DNA from: Thermovirgaceae bacterium
GTDB taxonomy: Bacteria > Synergistota > Synergistia > Synergistales > Thermovirgaceae
Length of the DNA: 64,000 nucleotides
Reading direction: 5' to 3'
Assembly (NCBI GenBank): GCA_040767805.1
Contig: JAXGNU010000003.1
Coordinates: 130,961 to 194,960 of the forward strand
Part shown: piece by piece, positions 56,425 through 64,000 of the stretch
Numbering within the stretch: the first letter of the stretch is position 1
How the letters are laid out: each line of letters begins with the position of its first letter
Notes under the pieces: generated by a model
What the model saw: only the letters and a program-made list of their open reading frames with translations
What the model was told of the DNA's origin: nothing
The model's database searches: none
Made by a program: the position numbers and the translations under genes

Positions 56425-58044
56425 CTATATAAAGCCTTCCCAGCCATGGATTCGACCAAACGACAGTTTGCCATTCATAATGGTCTTCACAATCTTGGCA
56501 TCCCGGAGTTCCATTGAAGGAATAGCGAACAAATCCCTGTCAAAGATCACGAGATCTGCTGCCTTTCCTGGCGTTATGCTCCCGTTCCAGTCCCATGTGG
56601 CATGTGCCTTGGCAGGGTTGGTGGTGTATATGTTCAGGGCTTCATCTAATGTAAGTTTCTGCTCTGGACGCCAAGTCCTTTTCCCGTCATAACTGGTTCG
56701 GTTTACGAGGGCCCAGATCCCACATATAGGGTTCAGGGATTCTATCGGTGCATCACTGGAACCACAGAGCATCAATCCTGCATTAACCAAATCTTTCCAT
56801 ACACAAGCATACTTCTGGTTATCTCCAAGCCGGGTGGGTACCATATCTATATCAGAAGGAACATAACTCGGCTGGATAACGCATGCCACCGGCAGTTTTC
56901 TCATTCTCTCGATCTGGTCGGGCCTGATAATTTCAATATGGTTCAACAGGTAGGGATACCTCGGTTCCGGGTAAATTGAGCGTGTCTTCTCTATAGCATC
57001 GAGAATCTGGTCGATCGCCCTGTCGCCGATGGCGTGAACAAGGATATGATCTTCGCGACGTGTCGATTCACAGAGTTTTTCAACAAGTTCATCAAACTGA
57101 TGTATCAACAGGCCGTTTGTATCCGGATCATCAGCATATGGAAAGGAAATGGCAGCAGTACGGGAACCCAAACTTCCATCTAGAAAAATTTTGAAACCCT
57201 CAAAACGCACAAAATCATTTCCCAGGATACCACCCATGGAAGGCACGGACAGTTCATCATGGGTGATATAGATCCGACATGGAAGTCGGTTTTGCTCCAT
57301 CAAGTTCTGATAAAGTCCAAGCTCCTCCTCCATTCCAAGGCTGGAGGCGCTACAGGAATGAAGAGTGGTAAGACCATGGCTGGCTGCATGTTTAAGATAT
57401 ACGTCCAGATTATTCAGAAGTGTTTCTTTGTTGTTGTATAGCTCATTTTTTAAAACCGCGTAAACTGGAAGTTGGGCCCCTTCTAAAAGAATTCCTGTTG
57501 GGTTTCCTGAGGCATCTCTACATATTCCTGGCAGGTCCATTTCGGAGATCCCCGACAGCTCAAGGGCTTTTGAATTGGCTACAGAGGCGTGAGTGCAGAT
57601 CCTATGTATAATGACAGGATTATCGATCCCCGCCTTATCAAGGTCATTGGCATTCGGTAGCACGGAACTGCCCCAGTTGTTTTCGTTCAGCATGGTTCCG
57701 TATATCCAGGATCCAGGTGCGACTTTCGATGAGCGTTCCTGAAGTTTTTCGATCACGTCTTGGTAGGATTTTGTGGAAGACATATCGATGGACTGCATTC
57801 CTTTTGCACAGGTAAGAACATGGAGGTGGCAGTCACTCATACCTGGTATTACGCTAACCCCTTCCAATTCGAAGCGGACAGCATCTTCAATGAATGGATG
57901 AACATCCAGATCCACTGTTTTTCCTAAGGCTATGATCTTCCCGTCCCCTATTATCAACGACTCAACTTTCGGATTTGCAGCATCTCCGGTCCATACGCTG
58001 CCATTTCTTAGATAGAGATATTTCCCTCTTGGCAAAGTATTCAT
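56425..58044 (-). CDS. Amidohydrolase_3 (YtcJ-like) metal-dependent hydrolase
   Basis: PGMSDCHLH, KIFLDGSLGSRTA, HAIGDRA, GSSDAP, GKAADL; ATG at 58044 after a GGAGG RBS. Confidence 0.9.
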   Translation of the reverse strand: MNTLPRGKYLYLRNGSVWTGDAANPKVESLIIGDGKIIALGKTVDLDVHPFIEDAVRFELEGVSVIPGMSDCHLHVLTCAKGMQSIDMSSTKSYQDVIEKLQERSSKVAPGSWIYGTMLNENNWGSSVLPNANDLDKAGIDNPVIIHRICTHASVANSKALELSGISEMDLPGICRDASGNPTGILLEGAQLPVYAVLKNELYNNKETLLNNLDVYLKHAASHGLTTLHSCSASSLGMEEELGLYQNLMEQNRLPCRIYITHDELSVPSMGGILGNDFVRFEGFKIFLDGSLGSRTAAISFPYADDPDTNGLLIHQFDELVEKLCESTRREDHILVHAIGDRAIDQILDAIEKTRSIYPEPRYPYLLNHIEIIRPDQIERMRKLPVACVIQPSYVPSDIDMVPTRLGDNQKYACVWKDLVNAGLMLCGSSDAPIESLNPICGIWALVNRTSYDGKRTWRPEQKLTLDEALNIYTTNPAKAHATWDWNGSITPGKAADLVIFDRDLFAIPSMELRDAKIVKTIMNGKLSFGRIHGWEGFI

Positions 58045-58051
58045 AACCTCC

Positions 58052-58786
58052 TTAGTCATTGTAAATGTTTTTACTCCCATACTCCCAGAAAGCCGCCCTA
58101 AGATGCGCCTCAAGTTTACTTCTAACCTCCTGAGGAGTACCTCTTTCAAGCATTTGAAGCAGTTCCCTGTGGTCATCCAGGCTCCTGTTAATGGAAAAGT
58201 TGTTTGTCGGCCAGATCTTCTCAATTTCCCAACGGTCAAGTCCTGTAAGGTTTATGAATTTTTTCATTATTTCAAATAAAACCTGGTTGCCGGAGGACTT
58301 TGCGAGTTGCAGATGAAAAGAAATATCCAGTTCCCGGTATCCATCAAAATCATTCTCACCTATCGCATTCTGCATTCTTTTCAATATTGTTTTCAGCGAC
58401 CTCAGATCTTTGGGTTTGATCCTTCCCGCGGTATATTCCCAAATGATCGGTTCAATAATGAGCCTGGCAATGTATGCATCCAAGGAACCTGCTCCCTGGA
58501 TTTCTTCCCAGAATGATGCGGACTGGGCAACCATAGGCGCAAAAGACCTCTCTTGCTGCTGAACAAAGGTCCCTGTGCCTGGTACTCTTTTAATAACACC
58601 CATTGCGACCAGCCCCGATGTAGCTTCCCTTATGACTGAACGGCTGACCCCGAACTGTTTGGCAAGGTTCAGCTCGTTTGGGAGTTTGTCGGATTCCTTA
58701 AGCCGTCCTTCTTCAATGGCTTCAAGGATCTGCTTCATAACGCTAGATGATTTTTTCCCACTGCTCAACTTGTTAAACATTTGCAT
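58052..58786 (-). CDS. GntR/FadR-family transcriptional regulator
   Basis: LPNE..LAKQFGVSRSVIREA...GTGTFV; FCD motifs D.SFH, SGN. Confidence 0.93.
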   Translation of the reverse strand: MQMFNKLSSGKKSSSVMKQILEAIEEGRLKESDKLPNELNLAKQFGVSRSVIREATSGLVAMGVIKRVPGTGTFVQQQERSFAPMVAQSASFWEEIQGAGSLDAYIARLIIEPIIWEYTAGRIKPKDLRSLKTILKRMQNAIGENDFDGYRELDISFHLQLAKSSGNQVLFEIMKKFINLTGLDRWEIEKIWPTNNFSINRSLDDHRELLQMLERGTPQEVRSKLEAHLRAAFWEYGSKNIYND

Positions 58787-58798
58787 GCCTCCCGTTTG

Positions 58799-58838
58799 CT
58801 TGACATAAATAATATGTCTGACATATTATTTTGTCAAG
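58799..58838 (-). promoter_or_regulatory. Promoter of the gntR operon embedded in a 40-bp near-perfect palindrome (candidate operator)
   Basis: CTTGACATAAATAATATGTC-T-GACATATTATTTTGTCAAG; minus strand TTGACA-17 bp-TATTAT. Confidence 0.75.
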
Positions 58839-58855
58839 TTAGTTTTTCATGCGAT

Positions 58856-58896
58856 TGTGACCGGACAGGGATAATGTCACCCCTTAAGGGGACAGG
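58856..58896 (+). repeat. Isolated IS1202-like end, 41 bp identical to 38645-38685
   Basis: TGTGACCGGACAGGGATAATGTCACCCCTTAAGGGGACAGG. Confidence 0.88.
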
Positions 58897-59152
58897 CACA
58901 ATGAAAAGGGACAATCAATAAATGCGTCAAGCATTTATTAAGACTTAGCGAAGTAATACCTTTATCTCTTTTGAGTAATTTTTTTGCTTGCGATTTTGCC
59001 TTTGATTACACCATTTAGCTCTTCTCCTTTTCGAGAGGGAGAGCGTTTTGATGTTCTTGCTCATTGCCAGGGAATCTAGGCTGTTTTTTGCAAGTTAGAA
59101 TTCCCCAATGTTGCAAAACTTTTTCCCCAGTGCAGGGTGGGAGCAGATCAAA

Positions 59153-59373
59153 GGGGTCAGACCTACAAATTGATGAATTATATCTAGGTGAAGACAGAAC
59201 CCCATCTTCCCGCCGGCTGGCTGCTTCGGGGGACGCTTAGTTTATCGCTACCTTTATCGTTTCATTACCGAACCTTATTTTCAGTCCGAAAAGGGCCTGG
59301 ATATCCCTGTCGGGAGTCCTTTCCTGCGGGTTCTGCTCTGCTCATCTCGTTTCCGTCAATTAGTTTTGACAAC
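59153..59373 (-). mobile_element. Repeat-bounded mini-element, copy 3 (inverted), at the island's right border
   Basis: GGGGTCAGACCTACAAATTGA, then the reverse complement of the mini-element interior, then degenerate TCAATTAGTTTTGACAAC, 24 bp before the dinG stop. Confidence 0.85.
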
Positions 59374-59397
59374 TTTGATCTCTCTCGTTTGCCACCT

Positions 59398-61329
59398 TCA
59401 CGCCTTTTTGCCCAGTTCCACCTCGACCCTCCTGTACTTCACGCCGGGCAGGGCGTCGGTTATCTTCCACCCCCTCTTGGAGAGGACTCGCCCGTCCAGG
59501 ATCACCACCCTGCCGCGGTCGCTTTTGCTCCTGATGAGCCTGCCGGCGGCCTGCTTCAGCAGCAGTTTGGCCCGTGGTAGAACGATGTCGAAGAACATGT
59601 CGGGCCCCTCGAGGATCTTCCTGGTGACCAGCACGGGGTCGGCGGGGTGCGGAAAGGGTATCCGGTCGATGATGACCTGGGTCAACCCCTCGCCGGGGAC
59701 GTCGATGCCCTCCCGGAAAGAGACGCTCCCCACGAGGACCGAGGAGAGGTCCTGGCGGAAGAGCCTCAGCAGTTCGCTCCGGGGGAGTTCGCCCTGCTCG
59801 AGGACGCGGTAGGGGTGCTCCTTCGACCTCAACCGCTCCGATACGGCCCGGAGGAGCCTCAGGGAGCTCAGCAGGACCAGGGTGCTCCCGTCGTTGTCGT
59901 CGCAGAGCTGTTCGGCGATCCTGGCGACGAGGTCGTCATAGCCGTCGTCGGTCACGGCGAGGCCCAGGTCGACGACCCAGATGGACATCTGCTCGCCCAG
60001 GTCGAAGGGCGAGTCGAGGACGAGCCTCTCAGTGGCCTGAAGCCCCGTCTCCTGCTCCCAGAAGGAGAAGTCCTCCCCTATGGCCATGGTCGCCGACACC
60101 GCCACCAGGGCCTCCAGGGGCTTGGCGAAGAACCAGTCGCTTATGAGGTCGCCGCAAAAGGTGGGCGAGCTGTTGATGCCCCGGCCGTCCCACCAGTAGG
60201 CCCAGAGCGGAAAGCGGTCCACCCTGGCGCACCAGGCGGTGCGGTGCGACAGGTTCGCCACGCTGTCTTTCCACTGGTGAAGGAGGGCCGCTGACTCCCT
60301 GTCGTCGGCGCCGTTCTTCTCAGGCGGCTCACCGGCTGCTTCGAGGATCTCCCCGGCGAGGCCCTGGAGCGGGCCGGGACCGTCGGGGGGGCCGGCTTCG
60401 TCGGTGAATATCCGGCCCGCGGGGACCTCCTTCTTCCAGAGGTGGAAGAGCCTTTCGGACTCCTTTTTCACCTCGTCGGCCAGGAGGGCCAGCCGCTGGC
60501 GGTCGTGGTCGGAGGCCCAGTCCATCCTGGGGAAGACGCGGGCCTTGGCGAAGTCCATGATCCTGGCCCACTCCTCCCCGGTGGCCCGTAGCGAGGCGGC
60601 CGACCGGGCGGCCTCGGTGAGCCGGTGGGCCTCGTCGCAGAGGATGGCGTCGTAGGGCACCGGGAAGCCCCTCCCGGTGGAGGCGGAGTAGGAGAAGAAG
60701 AGGTGGTAGTTGGCAACGATGATGTCCCACTCCTGGGCCTGCTGCAGGACCCTCCGGAGGAAGCAGCTCTCCCTGAAGGGGCAGCCGTTGCCCCGGCACG
60801 TATCCGAGGCGGCCGACAGGGCGGATATGACGGGGTGACCCGGCGGGAGGGCCAGCTCGGAGAAGTCGCCCGTCTCGGTCTTTTCCATCCAGGCGACGAG
60901 CTCAAGGACCAGTTCCGGCTCCAGGTGGGCCAGCAGTTCCCTCTCGCTCATCTCCTTGCCACGGAGCCTGCAGAGGTAGTTGGCCTTTCCCTTGATGAGG
61001 CCGTAGGAGAGGTCCTCCACGCCCAGGCAGTCGCAGAGGTCGGGGAGGTCCCTTTTTACGATCTGTTCCTGTAGGGGGATGCCCGAGGTGAGGAAGAGAA
61101 TTTTTCGGTCGTCCTCGAGGCACCAGTAGACGGCCGGCACGAGGAGGGCGTGGGTCTTGCCCGTACCGGTAGGGGCCTCGGCCAGCAGGACGCCGCCCCC
61201 GCCGAAATCGAGGCAGGCCATGACCCTTTCCGCCAGGGCCTCCTGCTGGGGCCGGTGCTCGAAACCGGGGAACCGCTGCGAGAGCAGGCCTTTCCTGGAA
61301 AAAACGTCCTTCATGGAGGGCTTTTTCAA
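59398..61329 (-). CDS. DinG/YoaA-family ATP-dependent DNA helicase
   Basis: RPQQ (Q motif), EAPTGTGKT, KG..NYLC, Fe-S cysteines, DEAH, SAT, SPF, EGID, QAAGRLIR. Confidence 0.93.
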   Translation of the reverse strand: MKKPSMKDVFSRKGLLSQRFPGFEHRPQQEALAERVMACLDFGGGGVLLAEAPTGTGKTHALLVPAVYWCLEDDRKILFLTSGIPLQEQIVKRDLPDLCDCLGVEDLSYGLIKGKANYLCRLRGKEMSERELLAHLEPELVLELVAWMEKTETGDFSELALPPGHPVISALSAASDTCRGNGCPFRESCFLRRVLQQAQEWDIIVANYHLFFSYSASTGRGFPVPYDAILCDEAHRLTEAARSAASLRATGEEWARIMDFAKARVFPRMDWASDHDRQRLALLADEVKKESERLFHLWKKEVPAGRIFTDEAGPPDGPGPLQGLAGEILEAAGEPPEKNGADDRESAALLHQWKDSVANLSHRTAWCARVDRFPLWAYWWDGRGINSSPTFCGDLISDWFFAKPLEALVAVSATMAIGEDFSFWEQETGLQATERLVLDSPFDLGEQMSIWVVDLGLAVTDDGYDDLVARIAEQLCDDNDGSTLVLLSSLRLLRAVSERLRSKEHPYRVLEQGELPRSELLRLFRQDLSSVLVGSVSFREGIDVPGEGLTQVIIDRIPFPHPADPVLVTRKILEGPDMFFDIVLPRAKLLLKQAAGRLIRSKSDRGRVVILDGRVLSKRGWKITDALPGVKYRRVEVELGKKA

Positions 61330-61345
61330 GAGCGTGGCTCCTCCG

Positions 61346-62029
61346 TCACGAGCAGGTGCGGGACCGGTGGATCATCCTGAAACCGCCGATCCACATGGCC
61401 GCTACGATCCAGGTGGCCGCCATGAACCCGCCGAGGGTGTTCGTCAGCAGCAGGTAGTTGAACGCCCCGTGGGCGATGACGGGGAGGGTCAGTATCCTGG
61501 TGAGGACGAAGGGGGGCCCGGCGGTCATCTTCTGGCGGGCCGCCTCGTAGCCCATGGCGAGGCCGCAGAGGGCGTGAAGGGGCACCGAGACGAGGGCCCT
61601 CCACCCGGCCACGGCCCAGGGGTTGATGGAGCCCACCACGTAGAAGAGGTTTTCCATGGTGGCGAACCCCAGGGCCACGCTGGTCCCGTAGACGATGCCG
61701 TCGTAGCACTCGTCGCATTCGCTCGACAGGATGTACCTCTTGAGCGCCAGCCACTTACAGCCCTCCTCGATGAGGGCCACGCCGAAGAAGGCCGTCACCA
61801 GCGGCGAGAAGGAGAGGGGGCCGCTGATGATCTTCTCCACGAGGCCGGCGGGGAAGACGAAGAGCATCCCCCTGAAAAAGGCGGAGAAGACCAGGGAGAG
61901 CGGTTCCGGTTCGAGGTAGTCTTTGTTGTAGAACCACCACAGGAGGGCGAGGCCCGGCGCCACGGCGACGGCCGCCACGAGTCCCTTCCCTATCTCCAAG
62001 CCCGTTCCCTCCCCTCGCGGCCGTTTCAT
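61346..62029 (-). CDS. prsW: PrsW-family intramembrane glutamic protease
   Basis: EPEP, IEEGCK, DGIVY, GFATMEN, PLHA, HGAFN. Confidence 0.88.
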   Translation of the reverse strand: MKRPRGEGTGLEIGKGLVAAVAVAPGLALLWWFYNKDYLEPEPLSLVFSAFFRGMLFVFPAGLVEKIISGPLSFSPLVTAFFGVALIEEGCKWLALKRYILSSECDECYDGIVYGTSVALGFATMENLFYVVGSINPWAVAGWRALVSVPLHALCGLAMGYEAARQKMTAGPPFVLTRILTLPVIAHGAFNYLLLTNTLGGFMAATWIVAAMWIGGFRMIHRSRTCS

Positions 62030-62129
62030 GATAGAATGTCCTGGTTCGGCCCACGGTCATTATATTCCACGCTAGTTGCGGATAAGGCAACAGCCATGGT
62101 AAAATACGGCCTGCTGTAAAGGGGGTGAA

Positions 62130-62405
62130 ATGATGGCTAACACGAGATCCGCCCGCAAGAGAGTGCGGACATCGGAGAAGAACAGGATCTACAACCGCTA
62201 CTGGACCACCCGGTGCAAGACCAGCGCCAAGAAGGTCCTGGAGGCGATAAACAGCAACGACCCCGAACTCGCCCTGAAGAGGTTCAACGACGCCCAGTCG
62301 GCCCTCGACAAGGCGGTGGTCAAGGGCGTCATCCACCGGAACATGGCCGCCCGGAAGAAGTCAAGGCTCACCAAGGCCATCCGCAAAATCCAGGAGCAGG
62401 CCTAG
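62130..62405 (+). CDS. rpsT: 30S ribosomal protein S20
   Basis: MANTRSARKR...DKAVVKGVIHRNMAARKKSRL. Confidence 0.97.
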   Translation: MMANTRSARKRVRTSEKNRIYNRYWTTRCKTSAKKVLEAINSNDPELALKRFNDAQSALDKAVVKGVIHRNMAARKKSRLTKAIRKIQEQA

Positions 62406-62447
62406 GGTCCTTCTGCGGTTTTTCACACTCCCCCTTTAAAACTCTTC

Positions 62448-62485
62448 GGGCCACGGGTGATCCTTCCCGCGGCCTTTTTTCATTT
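62448..62485 (+). terminator. Intrinsic terminator after rpsT
   Basis: GGCCACGGG pairs with CCCGCGGCC, followed by a T run. Confidence 0.6.
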
Positions 62486-63412
62486 TCCCGGGAGGGCCGA
62501 GAGCAGCCTGAAGACCTCCAGCTCGATGCCGTCCCATCCGCGCCCCACCCCGCTCTTAGCGGAGGCGCTCTGGACAGCCATGGCTACGACGAAGTCCCGT
62601 AGCGCCCTCCTGGGGAAAAGGGACGCCGCCTTCGTGGCCTGCCTCACCTGGAAGGGCGTCGCCTCCAGCGCCGACTCGACCCTACGGGCGTGCTCCGGGG
62701 TCGCGCCGGAGAGGTAAAGGGCCAGGCGCATCCTCTTGTGGAGGGCGCTGATCATCTTAAGGGGCTCCTCCCTTTTTCGGAGGAAGGCGAGGGCACCGAT
62801 CACGGCGGGGACGTCGCCCTGGCAGAGGCCGTCCAGCAGGGAGAGCATCTGCCGCCCCCCCTCGTCCACAACGAGGTCACCCACCAGTTCGGCCCCGATG
62901 GTCCCGCCGCCGGAGGCGACGGCCAGTTTTTCAAGTTCCGAGAGGATCTCCACCCCGTCCTCGGTCCACTCAATGAGCAGCTGGGCGGCCTCCCGGGAGA
63001 TCGCGACCCCCCGCTTTTTCGCCTCCCTCTCGAGCCAGGACACCCGCTCCTTCGGCCAGAAGGGGACCCTGGCCGGCTTTCGCACGGTCAGGAGGTCCTT
63101 GGGGAGCGAGCTGAGCCCCGCGGGAAGGTCCTTATCGAAGACCAGCAGGCAGACCGTGGCGGGACCGGACCGGAAGAGGTCTTCGAAGGAGCCCTCGGGG
63201 AAGGGCCCCAGGAGTTCGGCCTCTTCCACCACGACGGCGCGCTTTTCCTCGAAGAGTCCCCCCGTGCTGAGCGCCCCGAACAGGTCCTGCCACTCCTCGC
63301 CGGTGAAGCGCTCGAAGGTCTCGTAGCCCTTTTCGGCCAGTTCACCCTTGCACTCAGCCAGGAGATCCCTCTGGGACGGCCCCGATCCGGTGACAGCGAT
63401 GAAGTGTGTCAC
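62480..63412 (-). CDS. holA: DNA polymerase III delta subunit
   Basis: GLF..KRAVVV, ELEKL, KSG; lies between leuS and the convergent rpsT. Confidence 0.82.
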   Translation of the reverse strand: MTHFIAVTGSGPSQRDLLAECKGELAEKGYETFERFTGEEWQDLFGALSTGGLFEEKRAVVVEEAELLGPFPEGSFEDLFRSGPATVCLLVFDKDLPAGLSSLPKDLLTVRKPARVPFWPKERVSWLEREAKKRGVAISREAAQLLIEWTEDGVEILSELEKLAVASGGGTIGAELVGDLVVDEGGRQMLSLLDGLCQGDVPAVIGALAFLRKREEPLKMISALHKRMRLALYLSGATPEHARRVESALEATPFQVRQATKAASLFPRRALRDFVVAMAVQSASAKSGVGRGWDGIELEVFRLLSALPGK

Positions 63413-64000
63413 GCCTGCCCCTTCACCACCACGTTGACCAGTTTGTCCGGCACGGCGATGACCCGGACGATCTCCTTGTCGGCCAGGCGCCTTTTGACGG
63501 CGTCGGCTTCCAGGACGGCCTGCTGCATCTCATCGAGGGTCATGCCGGCCGGGAGCTCCACCTGCTCCCTCACCTTGCCGTTGACCTGGAACACCACGGT
63601 GACCCGGTCGGGCGCCAGGGCAGACTCGTCCAGGGAGGGCCAAGGCCGTTCCGAAACGAAGCCCTCGTTGCCCGTCATTTCCCACAGTTCCTCGCAGATG
63701 TGGGGGGCGATGGGGGTGAGCAGCGTCAGCAGGACTTCCACGCCCTCCCTGAAGAGGCGCCACTCCCGCTCCGAGGAGGGCGAGTAGGAGCCCAGGTCGT
63801 TGGACAGCTCCATGAGCCGGGCCACGGCCGTGTTGAACTGCTTCTCCTCTTCGATATCCCTGGTCACGCGGTCTATGGTGTAGTGGATCCTCCTTTTGAG
63901 GTCCCTGTCCTTTTTCTCCCTGAGGTGTTCCATGGGGAGCTTCTCCGCGGAAGCCTCCCGGAGTCCGTCGAGGTGGCTCTCGACGAGCCTGTAGACCCTC
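63409..64000 (-). CDS. leuS: Leucyl-tRNA synthetase, C-terminal part (runs off the window)
   Basis: QFNTAVARLMEL, PIAPHICEELW, VFQVNGKVR, VPDKLVNVV. Confidence 0.95.
   Translation of the reverse strand, partial: RVYRLVESHLDGLREASAEKLPMEHLREKKDRDLKRRIHYTIDRVTRDIEEEKQFNTAVARLMELSNDLGSYSPSSEREWRLFREGVEVLLTLLTPIAPHICEELWEMTGNEGFVSERPWPSLDESALAPDRVTVVFQVNGKVREQVELPAGMTLDEMQQAVLEADAVKRRLADKEIVRVIAVPDKLVNVVVKGQA

Noticed and set aside
58815..58823. TGTCTGACA as another copy of the island repeat
   Set aside because: Only the short core matches; it is better explained as the centre of the GntR operator palindrome.
22106..59373. 22-bp repeats as a CRISPR array
   Set aside because: Spacing ranges from 0.2 to 14 kb, orientations are mixed, and no cas genes are present.
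20426..59373. Classical integron (intI/attC) or Xer/dif modules
   Set aside because: No tyrosine recombinase in the window; the repeats lack RYYYAAC…GTTRRRY attC structure and do not match the 28-bp dif pattern.

Overview
Bacterial chromosome window with a GC-rich core; the gene content and order suggest an anaerobe such as a Synergistota member (inference only). Housekeeping blocks lie at both ends: sensor kinase, degP, DUF62, jag-yidC-yidD-rnpA-rpmH at 1-6 kb, and dinG, prsW, rpsT, holA, leuS at 59.4-64 kb. Between them are a divergent ribose-type ABC locus, a 1.1-kaa secreted internally duplicated protein, mgtA, and a mosaic accessory region from about 20.4 to 59.4 kb. The main observation is that this region is punctuated by a 22-bp repeat, GGTGTCAGACCTACACAATTGA (9 intact or near-intact copies, about 6 degenerate). 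The repeat (i) sits directly upstream of two near-identical Y1/HUH (RAYT/TnpA-REP-like) transposase genes and supplies their predicted -35 box, (ii) forms the inward-facing ends of three ~223-bp mini-elements whose interior is a decayed piece of that transposase gene, (iii) delimits cargo genes closely (phosphoesterase, methyltransferase+creatininase, protease-PDZ, AbiE toxin-antitoxin, selenium csd-selD-yedF operon), and (iv) is the insertion target of two IS1182 copies at the same offset. This looks like an HUH-driven, integron-like cassette array; the mechanism is inferred, not shown. Two AT-rich catabolic/transport operons in the island each begin next to an identical 41-bp IS1202-like end.
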